64,000 nucleotides of DNA from Calditrichota bacterium (GTDB lineage Bacteria; Caldisericota; Caldisericia; UBA6126): positions 37,308 to 101,307 of the forward strand of contig DAIMET010000001.1 of the NCBI GenBank assembly GCA_036725105.1, written 5' to 3'. The notes under the pieces were generated by a model. It searched no databases, was not told the DNA's origin, and saw nothing but the letters and a program-made list of their open reading frames with translations. A program made the position numbers and the translations under genes. Of this stretch, positions 38,865-49,057 are shown in pieces (the first letter of the stretch is position 1; the number at the start of each line of letters is the position of its first letter).

Positions 38865-41780
38865 ATGAAAAAAATTGCAGCATTTTTGTTAATCTGTATG
38901 TTTTGTTTCTCGTTCCTGCCATACAATTTTTCTGTGCATGGCGTGGAAGATATTTCTGTAGAAGTACAACCTAGAAGAGTTTCCACCAGAGCAGGATATA
39001 AGATAAACATGAAACTGGAAAAGCCTTTGCAGGTACATGATTGGATCAAAATCATCTGGCCAAAAGGCACTACTCTTCCAGAATTACCAGAGAATAAATC
39101 AGAAAGAAATGCAGAGTTAACACGCATTGTGGAATCCATCTACATTGGCACATCACCATGCTCTGCCTGCCAAGGATTGCCTGTCATTGATTATCGTGAA
39201 AATTCAATACGTTTTAATATTCATTTAGAACTTGATCCAAAAAATCCAGGCTATGAATATGTATATATCCATGTTACTGACCGAGTAGGAATAAAAAATC
39301 CACAAACCCCCGGGCAGTACCAGTTGAAAATTCAAACTCAATCGGAAAGTGGTACGTATGATTCCTACTCCTATGAAATAGTTGATAGTAAAATTGGAGA
39401 ACCTACTGGAACTCCTGTTGTAGAAGTTAATCCAAATGGGATCAATCACAAAGCTACCTACTCAATTTCCTTTACCACAGGTCGAGGTGGCGAGTTGTTT
39501 ATGAACCGCAGTCGTATTCGAATGCAATTCCCACTCCAAACAACTCTCTTGAAATCCAACCAGGAGATTCCTCTCTCCAGCATCCGTGTAAATGGAAAAG
39601 CTCTTGGACAAATGCCCATGATTCTTGACACCACAGTCACCATACTTGCCCCACTCTATATTGGGAATAGTGAATCAGTTGAAGTTCAATTTGATCAGGA
39701 AGCTGGTATTTTAAATCCATCCAGTCCAGGTTCGTATCAGGTTCTCGTTAGCACTTCCGAAGATCCGGAACCTGTTCCCTCAAATGCCTACGAGATCATC
39801 AAACAAAACCCTTCTTTAGAAGTAATCCCTCCTATTACAAATAAAACAGCCATGTATCATTTTACTTTTGTCGCGGATCAAGACATAGGAGAAGACTATC
39901 CAATATATGTACAGTTTCCGGAAAACTCAAAACTACCTCGATACGTCGATCCCTCTAGTGTTATGATTAACAATACCCAACCTCGATCTATATCCATTCG
40001 AAATTCAATGCTTATGATATCCTCCCCAAAAAATATTGCTGCTGGAAACCTGATAGATGTTGTGATCCAAGAAGAAGCCGGTATCCAAAATCCATCAATC
40101 CCTGGATCATTCTCCCTGGAATTTAAGTGGTTTGATGAACAATCCTGGGAAAAAACTCAATCTATAGAGATTGTAAATCCAACCGTGAAATTTATAAAAC
40201 TTACCCTAGACCCGAGTAACGCTGATGAAATTGTTACAATCACCTGCAGCATTCAAAATGGTGCAGAAGCATTGAAAGCAAATGACTCTATCCAGATTCT
40301 TTTCTCTGATGGATTTTCAATTCCCGCAGACATAAAACCGTCCAGCATTTCAATTGCTGGAGAATCTGCTAGTCAATGTAAACCATCTCCTCATTCACTT
40401 ACCATTACAATACCAAATAGTATTGCTTCCGAAGAAATCTTTGACATCATTGTTCACAAGAGTGCCAAAATGAAAAATCCTTCTATTGGAGATCAGATGA
40501 TTCATCTCTCCATATCTACCCCAACCACAAAAGAACCGATTCAATCACCTTCTGTCTATCTCTATCCACCCATCCCCTCTACTTCGGTACTATTGTTAGA
40601 AGGCCAAAAAGGCAACCAGGGATGGTATACACTCCCACCTCTTCTCTCGTTTCAGTCCAACCAAAAAGATGTTGAAGTCCATTTTTGGTTTGACGAAGAA
40701 CCAGAAGCCCAGCTGTACCACAAGCCAATGGCACTGGAAATTGGACAATACGTTACTACCCTGCACTATTACGCACAAAATTCCTACGAAAAGGGTTCAG
40801 TGCAAGAAGCTATCATTAAGGTTGATACGATCGTACCCGAACTAACCATTTTAAAACCAATCCAGCCCATCACCTATACATCCCAAAAAGAGTATCTCAT
40901 CGAAGGAAGAATTCTCACTCAAGGATTCCAGACACCCCAAACCAGCCAGTATCAAATGGATGTTGCCCAAGTTACCATCAATGGTGATTCCATTGAGTTT
41001 GTGCAAGATGAAGAAACACTGCAGTATAGCTTTGAAAGCAATCATCCGCTTCAAGAAGGCAATAATACGATTGAAATTGTCGCCTACGATGAGGCTGGCA
41101 ACAGTTCTACGCGAAACTTCCAGATTGTGTGCGACACCCAACCTCCTGATGTACAGATATTATTCCCCACTGCAGATCAACCCTCCCTTGAAAAAACATT
41201 TGAGATCATAGGAAAAACAGAACCTTTTACCGAATTATACATTCAGGATGAATTGGTATTTGTAGATGTTGAAGGTGCCTTTACGTATCCAATTCGGGTA
41301 GACAATGTAGGAAAAACTCTGCTAGATACTGAAGCCATTGATAAAAGTGGAAATCGAACTACAAAAACCATCACTATATGGGCCGGAGTAACGCTGAAAC
41401 TGACCATTGGATCAACCACAACTTATTCCAACGATATCGAAACTGTTTTAGATGCAGCCCCGTATATTTTCAACGGACGTACCATGATTCCATTTCGATA
41501 TATTGGAGAATCTCTTCAAGCAGAAATTCAATTTAGAAGTGACCCCATGACAAAAAAAGTAGTGGAAGTTCGCTATATGAAAGAAGACGTTGTCATTATT
41601 CTCCATATTGGTAAAAATACAGCTTATGTCAACAACAAGGCGATTCCGCTAGATGCCGCTCCTAGTATAGTAAGTGGAAGAACAATGGTTCCATTGCGTT
41701 TTGTTGCAGAAGAATTAGGTTGCACTTTAGAATGGGAGAATAAAACACAAGAGATTACTATCACGTATCCCACTTGGTAA
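38865..41780 (+). CDS. large secreted surface protein (971 aa) with repeated Ig-like modules and two C-terminal CAO-N-like wall-binding repeats
   Basis: Signal peptide. Repeated ...GI(K/L/Q)NP(S/Q)(T/S/I)PG(S/Q)(Y/F)... about every 100 aa (5 copies). C-terminal NGRTMIPFRYIGESL and SGRTMVPLRFVAEELGCTLEW. Confidence 0.55.
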   Translation: MKKIAAFLLICMFCFSFLPYNFSVHGVEDISVEVQPRRVSTRAGYKINMKLEKPLQVHDWIKIIWPKGTTLPELPENKSERNAELTRIVESIYIGTSPCSACQGLPVIDYRENSIRFNIHLELDPKNPGYEYVYIHVTDRVGIKNPQTPGQYQLKIQTQSESGTYDSYSYEIVDSKIGEPTGTPVVEVNPNGINHKATYSISFTTGRGGELFMNRSRIRMQFPLQTTLLKSNQEIPLSSIRVNGKALGQMPMILDTTVTILAPLYIGNSESVEVQFDQEAGILNPSSPGSYQVLVSTSEDPEPVPSNAYEIIKQNPSLEVIPPITNKTAMYHFTFVADQDIGEDYPIYVQFPENSKLPRYVDPSSVMINNTQPRSISIRNSMLMISSPKNIAAGNLIDVVIQEEAGIQNPSIPGSFSLEFKWFDEQSWEKTQSIEIVNPTVKFIKLTLDPSNADEIVTITCSIQNGAEALKANDSIQILFSDGFSIPADIKPSSISIAGESASQCKPSPHSLTITIPNSIASEEIFDIIVHKSAKMKNPSIGDQMIHLSISTPTTKEPIQSPSVYLYPPIPSTSVLLLEGQKGNQGWYTLPPLLSFQSNQKDVEVHFWFDEEPEAQLYHKPMALEIGQYVTTLHYYAQNSYEKGSVQEAIIKVDTIVPELTILKPIQPITYTSQKEYLIEGRILTQGFQTPQTSQYQMDVAQVTINGDSIEFVQDEETLQYSFESNHPLQEGNNTIEIVAYDEAGNSSTRNFQIVCDTQPPDVQILFPTADQPSLEKTFEIIGKTEPFTELYIQDELVFVDVEGAFTYPIRVDNVGKTLLDTEAIDKSGNRTTKTITIWAGVTLKLTIGSTTTYSNDIETVLDAAPYIFNGRTMIPFRYIGESLQAEIQFRSDPMTKKVVEVRYMKEDVVIILHIGKNTAYVNNKAIPLDAAPSIVSGRTMVPLRFVAEELGCTLEWENKTQEITITYPTW

Positions 41781-41790
41781 AGGAGGAAAT

Positions 41791-42609
41791 ATGGATCGGA
41801 GTATGCGTTTTGCTGGACCTTATATGTTTTATCCCAATGACCCAACGGAAATTATCCAATGGAAAAAACAAGTATTATCGAATTGGAAAAAACCACAGCC
41901 ATCGTATCGAAATGTATATTCTGCCATAATTCCACATGCTGGGTATATCTATTCCGGATCAGTTGCGATTAAAACACTATCCTGTATCCCTCTACCAAAA
42001 ACAATTGTTATCATTGGTGTTAACCATACTGGTATTGGTAGACCTCTTTCCGTATGGTCCAAGGGAAGATGGGAAACACCTTTTGGTTGGATACCAGTAG
42101 ATGAAGCATTAGCAAGTAAAATCATTCAAACAGATCCTCATTTTGAATCCGACTACAAAGCTCACCTGGAAGAACACTCGATTGAAGTTATCTTGTCACT
42201 GCTAGCCTCTTTTTCAACGAATTTCCAGGTTCTTCCCATTACAATGGGCTATCAGGATGTCTATTCTGTTGAAGAATTAGGTACACTCCTATCCTCCATT
42301 TCCACCACCCACCCCGTGTTTGTTATCGCCTCCTCAGATATGTCGCACTATATCCCCAAAGATCAAGCATACCAATACGATCAAAACATTTTACAACACT
42401 GGTATTCTCTTCATTGGAAAGAAGCAATTGAGACAGCAGAACAAAATGATTATTCTGTCTGCGGTATCGGACCCGGTTCGGTTTCTTGTTTATATGCACA
42501 GCAAAAAGGTGCATCCAAAGGAATTCTTGTAGATTACTCACATTCAGGTGAAGTAACAAAAGACAATGATGCAGTTGTTTCTTATGCTGGAGTACTATTT
42601 GTTTCATGA
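41791..42609 (+). CDS. MEMO1-family protein (AmmeMemoRadiSam system protein B-like)
   Basis: IIPHAGYIYSG and SSDMSHY motifs of the Memo/extradiol-dioxygenase-like fold. AGGAGG RBS. Confidence 0.8.
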   Translation: MDRSMRFAGPYMFYPNDPTEIIQWKKQVLSNWKKPQPSYRNVYSAIIPHAGYIYSGSVAIKTLSCIPLPKTIVIIGVNHTGIGRPLSVWSKGRWETPFGWIPVDEALASKIIQTDPHFESDYKAHLEEHSIEVILSLLASFSTNFQVLPITMGYQDVYSVEELGTLLSSISTTHPVFVIASSDMSHYIPKDQAYQYDQNILQHWYSLHWKEAIETAEQNDYSVCGIGPGSVSCLYAQQKGASKGILVDYSHSGEVTKDNDAVVSYAGVLFVS

Positions 42610-43970
42610 AGATACTATTCCGTAGTACTGCTTTCTTGATCGTCTTTTTTCTTTTTTCTTTTTTTTCTATTCATCCATTGTCAATTTCTTCTTGCGATCG
42701 CTTGTACATTTACTCAGAAGATACAACATATCATAACAGTGTGTCGCTCAACTGTCTGTTTTCTGGTCCTGCCCAGAAAAAAGGTTGGATTTTCTTTCAA
42801 GGTCCCTCATATATTTCACCCCGTCGTATTCAAAATATCTCCAACGATAGCGTAATCACTATCGATACAACACGATTTCCCATTGGTGATTACCACGTTC
42901 AATGCATGACGATGTCGGGGCACAAACCTGTATTCTCAAACTGGCATCCTTTCACCATTGTTTCAGAGAAACCCATCATTGCCATTCAGGAAAATCCAAA
43001 CCAAAATTTTACTATCGACACACCACACCTGAATTTTAGTTGTACCAGCAATCAGCCTTTGCAAGAAGCATATCTTGTGTGTCAAAGCCAAAAACGTCCT
43101 CTCCAATCAGATACTCCCCTGGAGTGGACTTTTAATGGAATTTTACCCTTGCAAGATGGGGTAAATACGATACAAATAATTGGAAAAAACCTTCACTACG
43201 TACCAGGAGATGTTTCTTTTGAAGTTGTATATAACAAGCCTGCCTTTGCAGATCGCATTTTCGTTCTGGGGTATCACAACATTGGAGAAAGTGTTGAAAA
43301 ATGGGAAGTGTCCCCGAAAACCTTTGAGAAGCATCTACAATATCTGCAAGAAAATAACTATTACTTCTGTACTCCCACGGAACTTCTCTGGTTCCAACGG
43401 CAAAAAAAGTCTTTACCCCAAAAAACTGTTTTAATCACATTTGATGATGGATGTAAAGGTGTATATACATATGCACTGCCACTATTGCAAAAATACAAAG
43501 CAAAAGCTACTCTTTTTATCGTGAACTCTTTTTTAAACACAGATGGTTATCTCACTTGGGAAGAATTAGATTCTATTATGAGTTCGGGAATCTTTACGTT
43601 GGGTTCTCATTCATACAATCTTCATGGATGGGTGGATTACTCGATGATTTCTGGTGGTGGTATGGTACCAAAAATGTTTCATTTGCGTGAAGAATCCTGG
43701 GATGAATATCTCAATCGCGTAACAACAGATCTAAAAAAATCTCGCAATGAATTATTCAATCGATATCAGCAGCCCATCCTCTTTTTTGCATACCCTTTTG
43801 GGCAGTACAATCAGCAAACCATTAAACGGGTTAGAGAGTGTGGTTTTATTGGAGCTTTTACATTTAACAAATCCGAAAGATTCGTTACTACCTCTTCGTT
43901 TCCGTTTTCTTTTGATCGCATTCCTATTACAGAAAACACAGATTTAACCAAAATTCTTGAATTAGAATAG
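42606..43970 (+). CDS. secreted polysaccharide deacetylase (NodB-homology domain) with N-terminal extra domain
   Basis: Signal peptide. TFDDG (VLITFDDGCKGVY), ATLFIV, and HSYNLH His motif. Confidence 0.7.
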   Translation: MKILFRSTAFLIVFFLFSFFSIHPLSISSCDRLYIYSEDTTYHNSVSLNCLFSGPAQKKGWIFFQGPSYISPRRIQNISNDSVITIDTTRFPIGDYHVQCMTMSGHKPVFSNWHPFTIVSEKPIIAIQENPNQNFTIDTPHLNFSCTSNQPLQEAYLVCQSQKRPLQSDTPLEWTFNGILPLQDGVNTIQIIGKNLHYVPGDVSFEVVYNKPAFADRIFVLGYHNIGESVEKWEVSPKTFEKHLQYLQENNYYFCTPTELLWFQRQKKSLPQKTVLITFDDGCKGVYTYALPLLQKYKAKATLFIVNSFLNTDGYLTWEELDSIMSSGIFTLGSHSYNLHGWVDYSMISGGGMVPKMFHLREESWDEYLNRVTTDLKKSRNELFNRYQQPILFFAYPFGQYNQQTIKRVRECGFIGAFTFNKSERFVTTSSFPFSFDRIPITENTDLTKILELE

Positions 43971-44154
43971 AAATCAAAATCTGTTACTCCTATAAAAATC
44001 TTGAAAAGTTACATTTAACCCCTTTTTCTTCCGAACAATCTTAGTATAATGATGAATCTAGTCAAAAAGAAGCACCTTCCACAGTAAATACGGTTGGTTT
44101 GCCGATCATACGGAATGACCATTTTATTTTCAATATCACATTATCGGAGGATAT

Positions 44155-45090
44155 ATGCGCATTGTTATTGCAATTGGAGGAAACTCTCTCATTCGTACAA
44201 AAGATGAAAATCGTATTGTAGATCAATACAGACAAGTTTTGCAAACAGTTGACAGCATGAAAGATTTATTAATTGGAGATAATGAAATTGTATTTACTCA
44301 TGGAAATGGACCCCAGGTTGGTTTTTTGTTACAAATGCAGGAAAAAGCCACTGGAGTTCCGCAAATGCCCATAGATTATTGTGTTGCTAACACCCAGGGC
44401 GGTATAGGCTATCAAATTCAATGTGCGATTCAAAATGAACTTGTTTCCACTTCATCCGATAGAAAAGTAGTTTCAATTGTCACTCAATGCGTAGTGGACG
44501 AAATGGATCCTGCATTTCAACACCCAAGCAAACCCATAGGATCATTTTTCTCAAAAGAAGAAATCATGCACCATGCGAGTGAATATGGATGGCAATATAT
44601 GGAGGATGCTGGAAGAGGTTATAGACGGGTTGTTGCATCTCCAAAGCCAATTCTTATCCTCGAAAAAGACATCGTCCGGACACTACTGGAACATAATACC
44701 ATCGTCATTGCTGCTGGAGGTGGAGGAATTCCTCTTGTCAGTCATGATTCCCAATACACAGGTGTCGAGGCTGTCATTGATAAGGACTTTGCATCTTCCC
44801 TGCTAGCCCAGGAGATTGAAGCAGATCTACTCATTATATCCACTGGAGTTCCGTATGTATCTCTCAATTTTGGTAAAGCCGATGAACAACCATTGCGCAA
44901 CGTATCGGTAGAAACAATGAAAGAATATCTCTCTCAAAACCATTTCGGAAAAGGGAGTATGGAACCAAAAATCATTGCTGGTATTCAATTTACAGAAAGT
45001 ACAAAAAAACCCACCATCATCACGAGTCCGGAAAATATCCAACTCGCTTTGGATGGAAAAACAGGAACGAAGATACTCCCTTCATCGTAA
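44155..45090 (+). CDS. arcC: carbamate kinase
   Basis: IVIAIGGN, HGNGPQVG, KPIG, SCGGGGIP-like (AAGGGGIP), and AVIDKDFAS all match carbamate kinases. No arcA/arcB nearby. Confidence 0.9.
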   Translation: MRIVIAIGGNSLIRTKDENRIVDQYRQVLQTVDSMKDLLIGDNEIVFTHGNGPQVGFLLQMQEKATGVPQMPIDYCVANTQGGIGYQIQCAIQNELVSTSSDRKVVSIVTQCVVDEMDPAFQHPSKPIGSFFSKEEIMHHASEYGWQYMEDAGRGYRRVVASPKPILILEKDIVRTLLEHNTIVIAAGGGGIPLVSHDSQYTGVEAVIDKDFASSLLAQEIEADLLIISTGVPYVSLNFGKADEQPLRNVSVETMKEYLSQNHFGKGSMEPKIIAGIQFTESTKKPTIITSPENIQLALDGKTGTKILPSS

Positions 45091-45163
45091 CTTTCTTTCT
45101 TAAAAATGGGTATATATGTAAGGTAACATCTTCTTAGAAATTGTATTCGCGGGGTGAATAGTT

Positions 45164-48100
45164 ATGAAAAAGACTTGGATTGTTGTTGTTTTCATTTTCT
45201 TTATGGGTTCAAGTATTTTTTTCCCAATGCCCAACCATACATCATCACAGAATCAGTTCAACAATGAATCTTTCTTGGTCTACACATCCAATGAGTCCTT
45301 TCAACAAATTCATCCTTCCATTAAAATTGCCTTGAAAGAGGGATGGATCACAGATTGGAATTGGTTTCCAAGAAATTCGATCATAGAGGTAAGCGGAGAA
45401 GCAGCAAGAATAAAATCTTTGTTTCGTTCTGTTCCATCATCTCTTATCCCCAACTATTCATTACAAGCAGACCCAATCGTGAAACATAGTGCAAACGATG
45501 CACTCCCTCCAAAAAACTGGAACATTGTTGATCTTGAGTTGCAATCTCTTTGGGCACAAGGATATACCGGTAAAAATGTAAAAATCGGAGTACTCGACAC
45601 TGGTTGTGATGGATCACATCCTCAGTTAAAAGGAAAAATCCGTGATTTTGCCATTATTGACAGAAATGGAGAAGCATCCATTTCTAATGTTTACTACGAT
45701 ACGGACAATCATGGAACTCACGTAGCTGGTATTGCCGTAGGTGGCAGCCCTGATAAACCACTTGGAGTCGCTCCTGAAGCAGATCTATCTGTGGCAGTTG
45801 TCATTCCAGGAGGGAGCGGTACTTTCTCCCAAATTATCGGTGGTATCGAATGGGCAATGGATCCAGATGGAAATCCCGAAACACAAGATGCTCCAATAGC
45901 CCTTAATCTATCATTAGGCATGCCCGGTTTTGTTGATTTTTGGACTCCCGTCTTCACAAATGCTTTAAATCATAACATTCTTATTGTAAGTTCCTCTGGC
46001 AATGAAGGAAATGGAATTACCAACAGCCCCGGTAACCACCCCTATGTGGTTGGAGTTGGATCATATGCCTACAATCGCATTCCATCAACATTTTCAGCTG
46101 GAGATGACAATATTGTATGGGAAACCTCTTCCATTTTAGCTGGTCCTTACGTAAAACCAGATATATCAGCCCCTGGGTCAATGGTCTATTCATCCGTACC
46201 AGGCAATTCGTATGAATATTTCAGCGGAACCTCTATGGCTGCTCCTCATGTTACGGGTGCGGTCGCAATTCTTAAGCAGGTATTTCCCCTTGCTACTGCT
46301 TGGGATCTCAGAAACTTCCTATTGTGGGGAAGCGAAGATCTGGGAAAAGAAGGATGGGATACTCGATTTGGACAAGGTGTACTGAATATTCAACAATCCA
46401 TTGACAAAGCTCATCAATCAAAAAGGATTGAAGGATCTATACAACATTACACCCGGGATTACCACCTATGGATTCCTTCTTTAGAAAGCGGCATCTACGT
46501 TGGTCCAGATGGATATTTCTCATGCCACTTGTTACCCGGCACCTATCAAATAGAGATACGAAAAGGCACATCGGTTGTTCAAACACATCAAATCATTGTC
46601 AAAAACGAAAATAAACCAGTTGAGTTATCATTACCCAACCCAACCATGATGAATCTCGAAGGAGTTGTATTAGGATCAAATGGTCGTGCAATACCCGATG
46701 CTAAAATTGTCTACGGAGAAATGGTGTATTTTACAGATGATCAAGGGCACTTCTCTGTACCACTTCAACAGGGAGAACAGATCATTATCCGCAAAAGCGG
46801 TTACATCGAAAAACGTTTAAAGGCAGAACTTCATGAAAATTGGATCAATGTCAGACTAGAAAAAACTTCTTTGCTTCTCATTGAAGGACAATCCCCCTAT
46901 AGCACAATCATTAATCCACCCAAACTCGCCCTTCCAATTTATGAAGATGCTCTTCATCAATTGGGCTATTCGTATGCTCTTATTCGATCTTCAGAAGAAT
47001 CTTTTTCCTATGACGATATCAAAGACTATTCAAAAATAGTTCTCTTTTATGCTAATGGTGGCATGCAAAATCAAGATATTTCTGCATGTAGCAAGTATTT
47101 AGACAACGGAGGTAACCTTATTCTTAGTGGTAGAATGGTTATGCTCATCGAGCAATTCTACCAGACAGATTTTTTATCTGAATATGCTGGTGTATACTCG
47201 AAAAAAATGATAGCATTCCCCTCTGTAGAAGGAATTCACTCCTCATACGAGGAACTCCAATTCCCCCTATCGGGCTCTGGAGGAGCGAACAACCAAGAGA
47301 CCTGCGATGTGTTAATACAAGAAACAAACTCTCGTAATATCCCCATACTAAAGTATTCTTCTACTTCCGACAAAGAATATGCTGGTGTTTTGAGCAATAC
47401 CAGTGCTTACAAAATGGCTTTTCTTGGTTTTGGACTAGAAGGAATTGGCATTGAATCTTCTCGAATAGAACTACTACGACGTCTTTTGGATTGGACCGAC
47501 CAGGGAGGAAAAATCCAAATCAATCTACCCCAGGGCAAAACATACATCACGATGAAAAGAAATCACGAAATTGTGGAAAAAATAACCGAAGAGACAAATG
47601 TCTCCTTTCACAATTTGTTTTTAGAAAAATATGAATTCACTCTTGAACAATACGGTAAAAAGAAAATCTTCTTCGAAGCTGATTTTTCCAAAGGTGATTC
47701 CTACATCTCCAACGCATTTTTTAAAGAATCTGAGCTTCAAAGAGTTGAAATTCAACCAAAGAATTGTGATGCTCCCGAAGCTTACCTGATGGTATATTAT
47801 AAAGATACCTTGTTAAGTAGTGAAAAGATAAATCCTACGGAATCTATCACGAAAGATCTTCCCCAGGGGGATTATCTTTTCAGCATATCCGCAAAAGGGT
47901 TTAAAAATCAATATTATAAACTCTCCATTCAGGCCTCCGAAGAAGAGCCCCGAATAGCTGAAATGAAAATGGAGAAAACCACAATTCACACCCTTGTAAT
48001 TGATGACTCTCCTACGGGATGGTATCTGCTGGACCATTATCTTGGTATCGGTAGTTATTCCACTCGTTGGTTAGAAACTTCTGGTATTACTTTTCAACAC

Positions 48101-48643
48101 TGGTCTGTTGAAGAAAAAGGGTTTCCTTCTTTTCATCAAATGTTTCCATACGATGTTGTTATTGATATTGCAGGTAGAAATGCAGCTGCACTATACACAA
48201 AAGACCGCCAAGAATCAATCGGTCAATACCTGGATGGTGGCGGAAAATTCATGATCCTGTCCAATAGTGCTCATACAGTATTAGACCAATCGGAGTGGTT
48301 TTCAAACTATTTTGGACTTCAAATTGAAAATATCAATGTGAGAGAAAAAACTGTAATCGGCATACCAAACACTGCCACTGAGTCTATGTACTTTGATATT
48401 TATAACTCTCTGGAACAAGATGGCTTCTACATTACCTATCCTGCATTTGAAACTACTTCTTCACACTCAAAATCAATACTCCAATATGCCAGCGGTAAAC
48501 TGTGTGCAAATTTCCATGACAATGGAACCTTCCGCTGTATCTATCTTCCTTTTGGACTTGATAACCTTACCAATTCTGACATTCGTATAAAACTCGTCAA
48601 AACAATGCTGAAGATGCTAGAAACAGGAGAAATACAACCCTAG
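45164..48643 (+). CDS. secreted subtilisin-like serine protease (S8) with ~750-aa C-terminal extension
   Basis: Signal peptide. Catalytic triad motifs GVLDTGCD, HGTHVAG, GTSMAAPHVTG in D-H-S order. Confidence 0.85.
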   Translation: MKKTWIVVVFIFFMGSSIFFPMPNHTSSQNQFNNESFLVYTSNESFQQIHPSIKIALKEGWITDWNWFPRNSIIEVSGEAARIKSLFRSVPSSLIPNYSLQADPIVKHSANDALPPKNWNIVDLELQSLWAQGYTGKNVKIGVLDTGCDGSHPQLKGKIRDFAIIDRNGEASISNVYYDTDNHGTHVAGIAVGGSPDKPLGVAPEADLSVAVVIPGGSGTFSQIIGGIEWAMDPDGNPETQDAPIALNLSLGMPGFVDFWTPVFTNALNHNILIVSSSGNEGNGITNSPGNHPYVVGVGSYAYNRIPSTFSAGDDNIVWETSSILAGPYVKPDISAPGSMVYSSVPGNSYEYFSGTSMAAPHVTGAVAILKQVFPLATAWDLRNFLLWGSEDLGKEGWDTRFGQGVLNIQQSIDKAHQSKRIEGSIQHYTRDYHLWIPSLESGIYVGPDGYFSCHLLPGTYQIEIRKGTSVVQTHQIIVKNENKPVELSLPNPTMMNLEGVVLGSNGRAIPDAKIVYGEMVYFTDDQGHFSVPLQQGEQIIIRKSGYIEKRLKAELHENWINVRLEKTSLLLIEGQSPYSTIINPPKLALPIYEDALHQLGYSYALIRSSEESFSYDDIKDYSKIVLFYANGGMQNQDISACSKYLDNGGNLILSGRMVMLIEQFYQTDFLSEYAGVYSKKMIAFPSVEGIHSSYEELQFPLSGSGGANNQETCDVLIQETNSRNIPILKYSSTSDKEYAGVLSNTSAYKMAFLGFGLEGIGIESSRIELLRRLLDWTDQGGKIQINLPQGKTYITMKRNHEIVEKITEETNVSFHNLFLEKYEFTLEQYGKKKIFFEADFSKGDSYISNAFFKESELQRVEIQPKNCDAPEAYLMVYYKDTLLSSEKINPTESITKDLPQGDYLFSISAKGFKNQYYKLSIQASEEEPRIAEMKMEKTTIHTLVIDDSPTGWYLLDHYLGIGSYSTRWLETSGITFQHWSVEEKGFPSFHQMFPYDVVIDIAGRNAAALYTKDRQESIGQYLDGGGKFMILSNSAHTVLDQSEWFSNYFGLQIENINVREKTVIGIPNTATESMYFDIYNSLEQDGFYITYPAFETTSSHSKSILQYASGKLCANFHDNGTFRCIYLPFGLDNLTNSDIRIKLVKTMLKMLETGEIQP

Positions 48644-49057
48644 ATGATTGAAAACAACTCTACGTCAAATTCTATTTCGTCCAGCGAAGAACCATCCGAT
48701 GACGTTTTTATTCTTTATGCACAGTTGGCATTGAAGAAGTTACCCAAGGAATTACGAGACCAAATGATCAATGTGTCAATCCTTGTACAAGATGAGCCTT
48801 CAGAATATCAACTTCACAACCACTCCCAGCACAGTCTTATCCTTGGTCTTTACGAAGGAATACCCAATCCAGGAAAAGCATTTTTGTACAATTTCTGCCT
48901 ACCCGATAAAATCACACTTTTCCGTAATAACATCATAAAGATAGCGACCTGGAAAAATAGGGATTTGCGAGAATTAATTGCTGAAGTAGTATATCATGAA
49001 ATTGGGCATCATTTTGGTTTTACGGAAGAAGATTTAGATCCTTACAAAACTGTATAG
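48644..49057 (+). CDS. small zincin-like metallopeptidase (DUF1025-like)
   Basis: 137 aa, acidic. C-terminal VVYHEIGHHFGFTEED (HExxH). ATG immediately follows the subtilase stop. Confidence 0.5.
   Translation: MIENNSTSNSISSSEEPSDDVFILYAQLALKKLPKELRDQMINVSILVQDEPSEYQLHNHSQHSLILGLYEGIPNPGKAFLYNFCLPDKITLFRNNIIKIATWKNRDLRELIAEVVYHEIGHHFGFTEEDLDPYKTV

Noticed and set aside
44062-44244. 60-aa minus-strand ORF in arcC upstream region
   Set aside because: Overlaps the arcC start and promoter, has no RBS and low complexity. Likely spurious.
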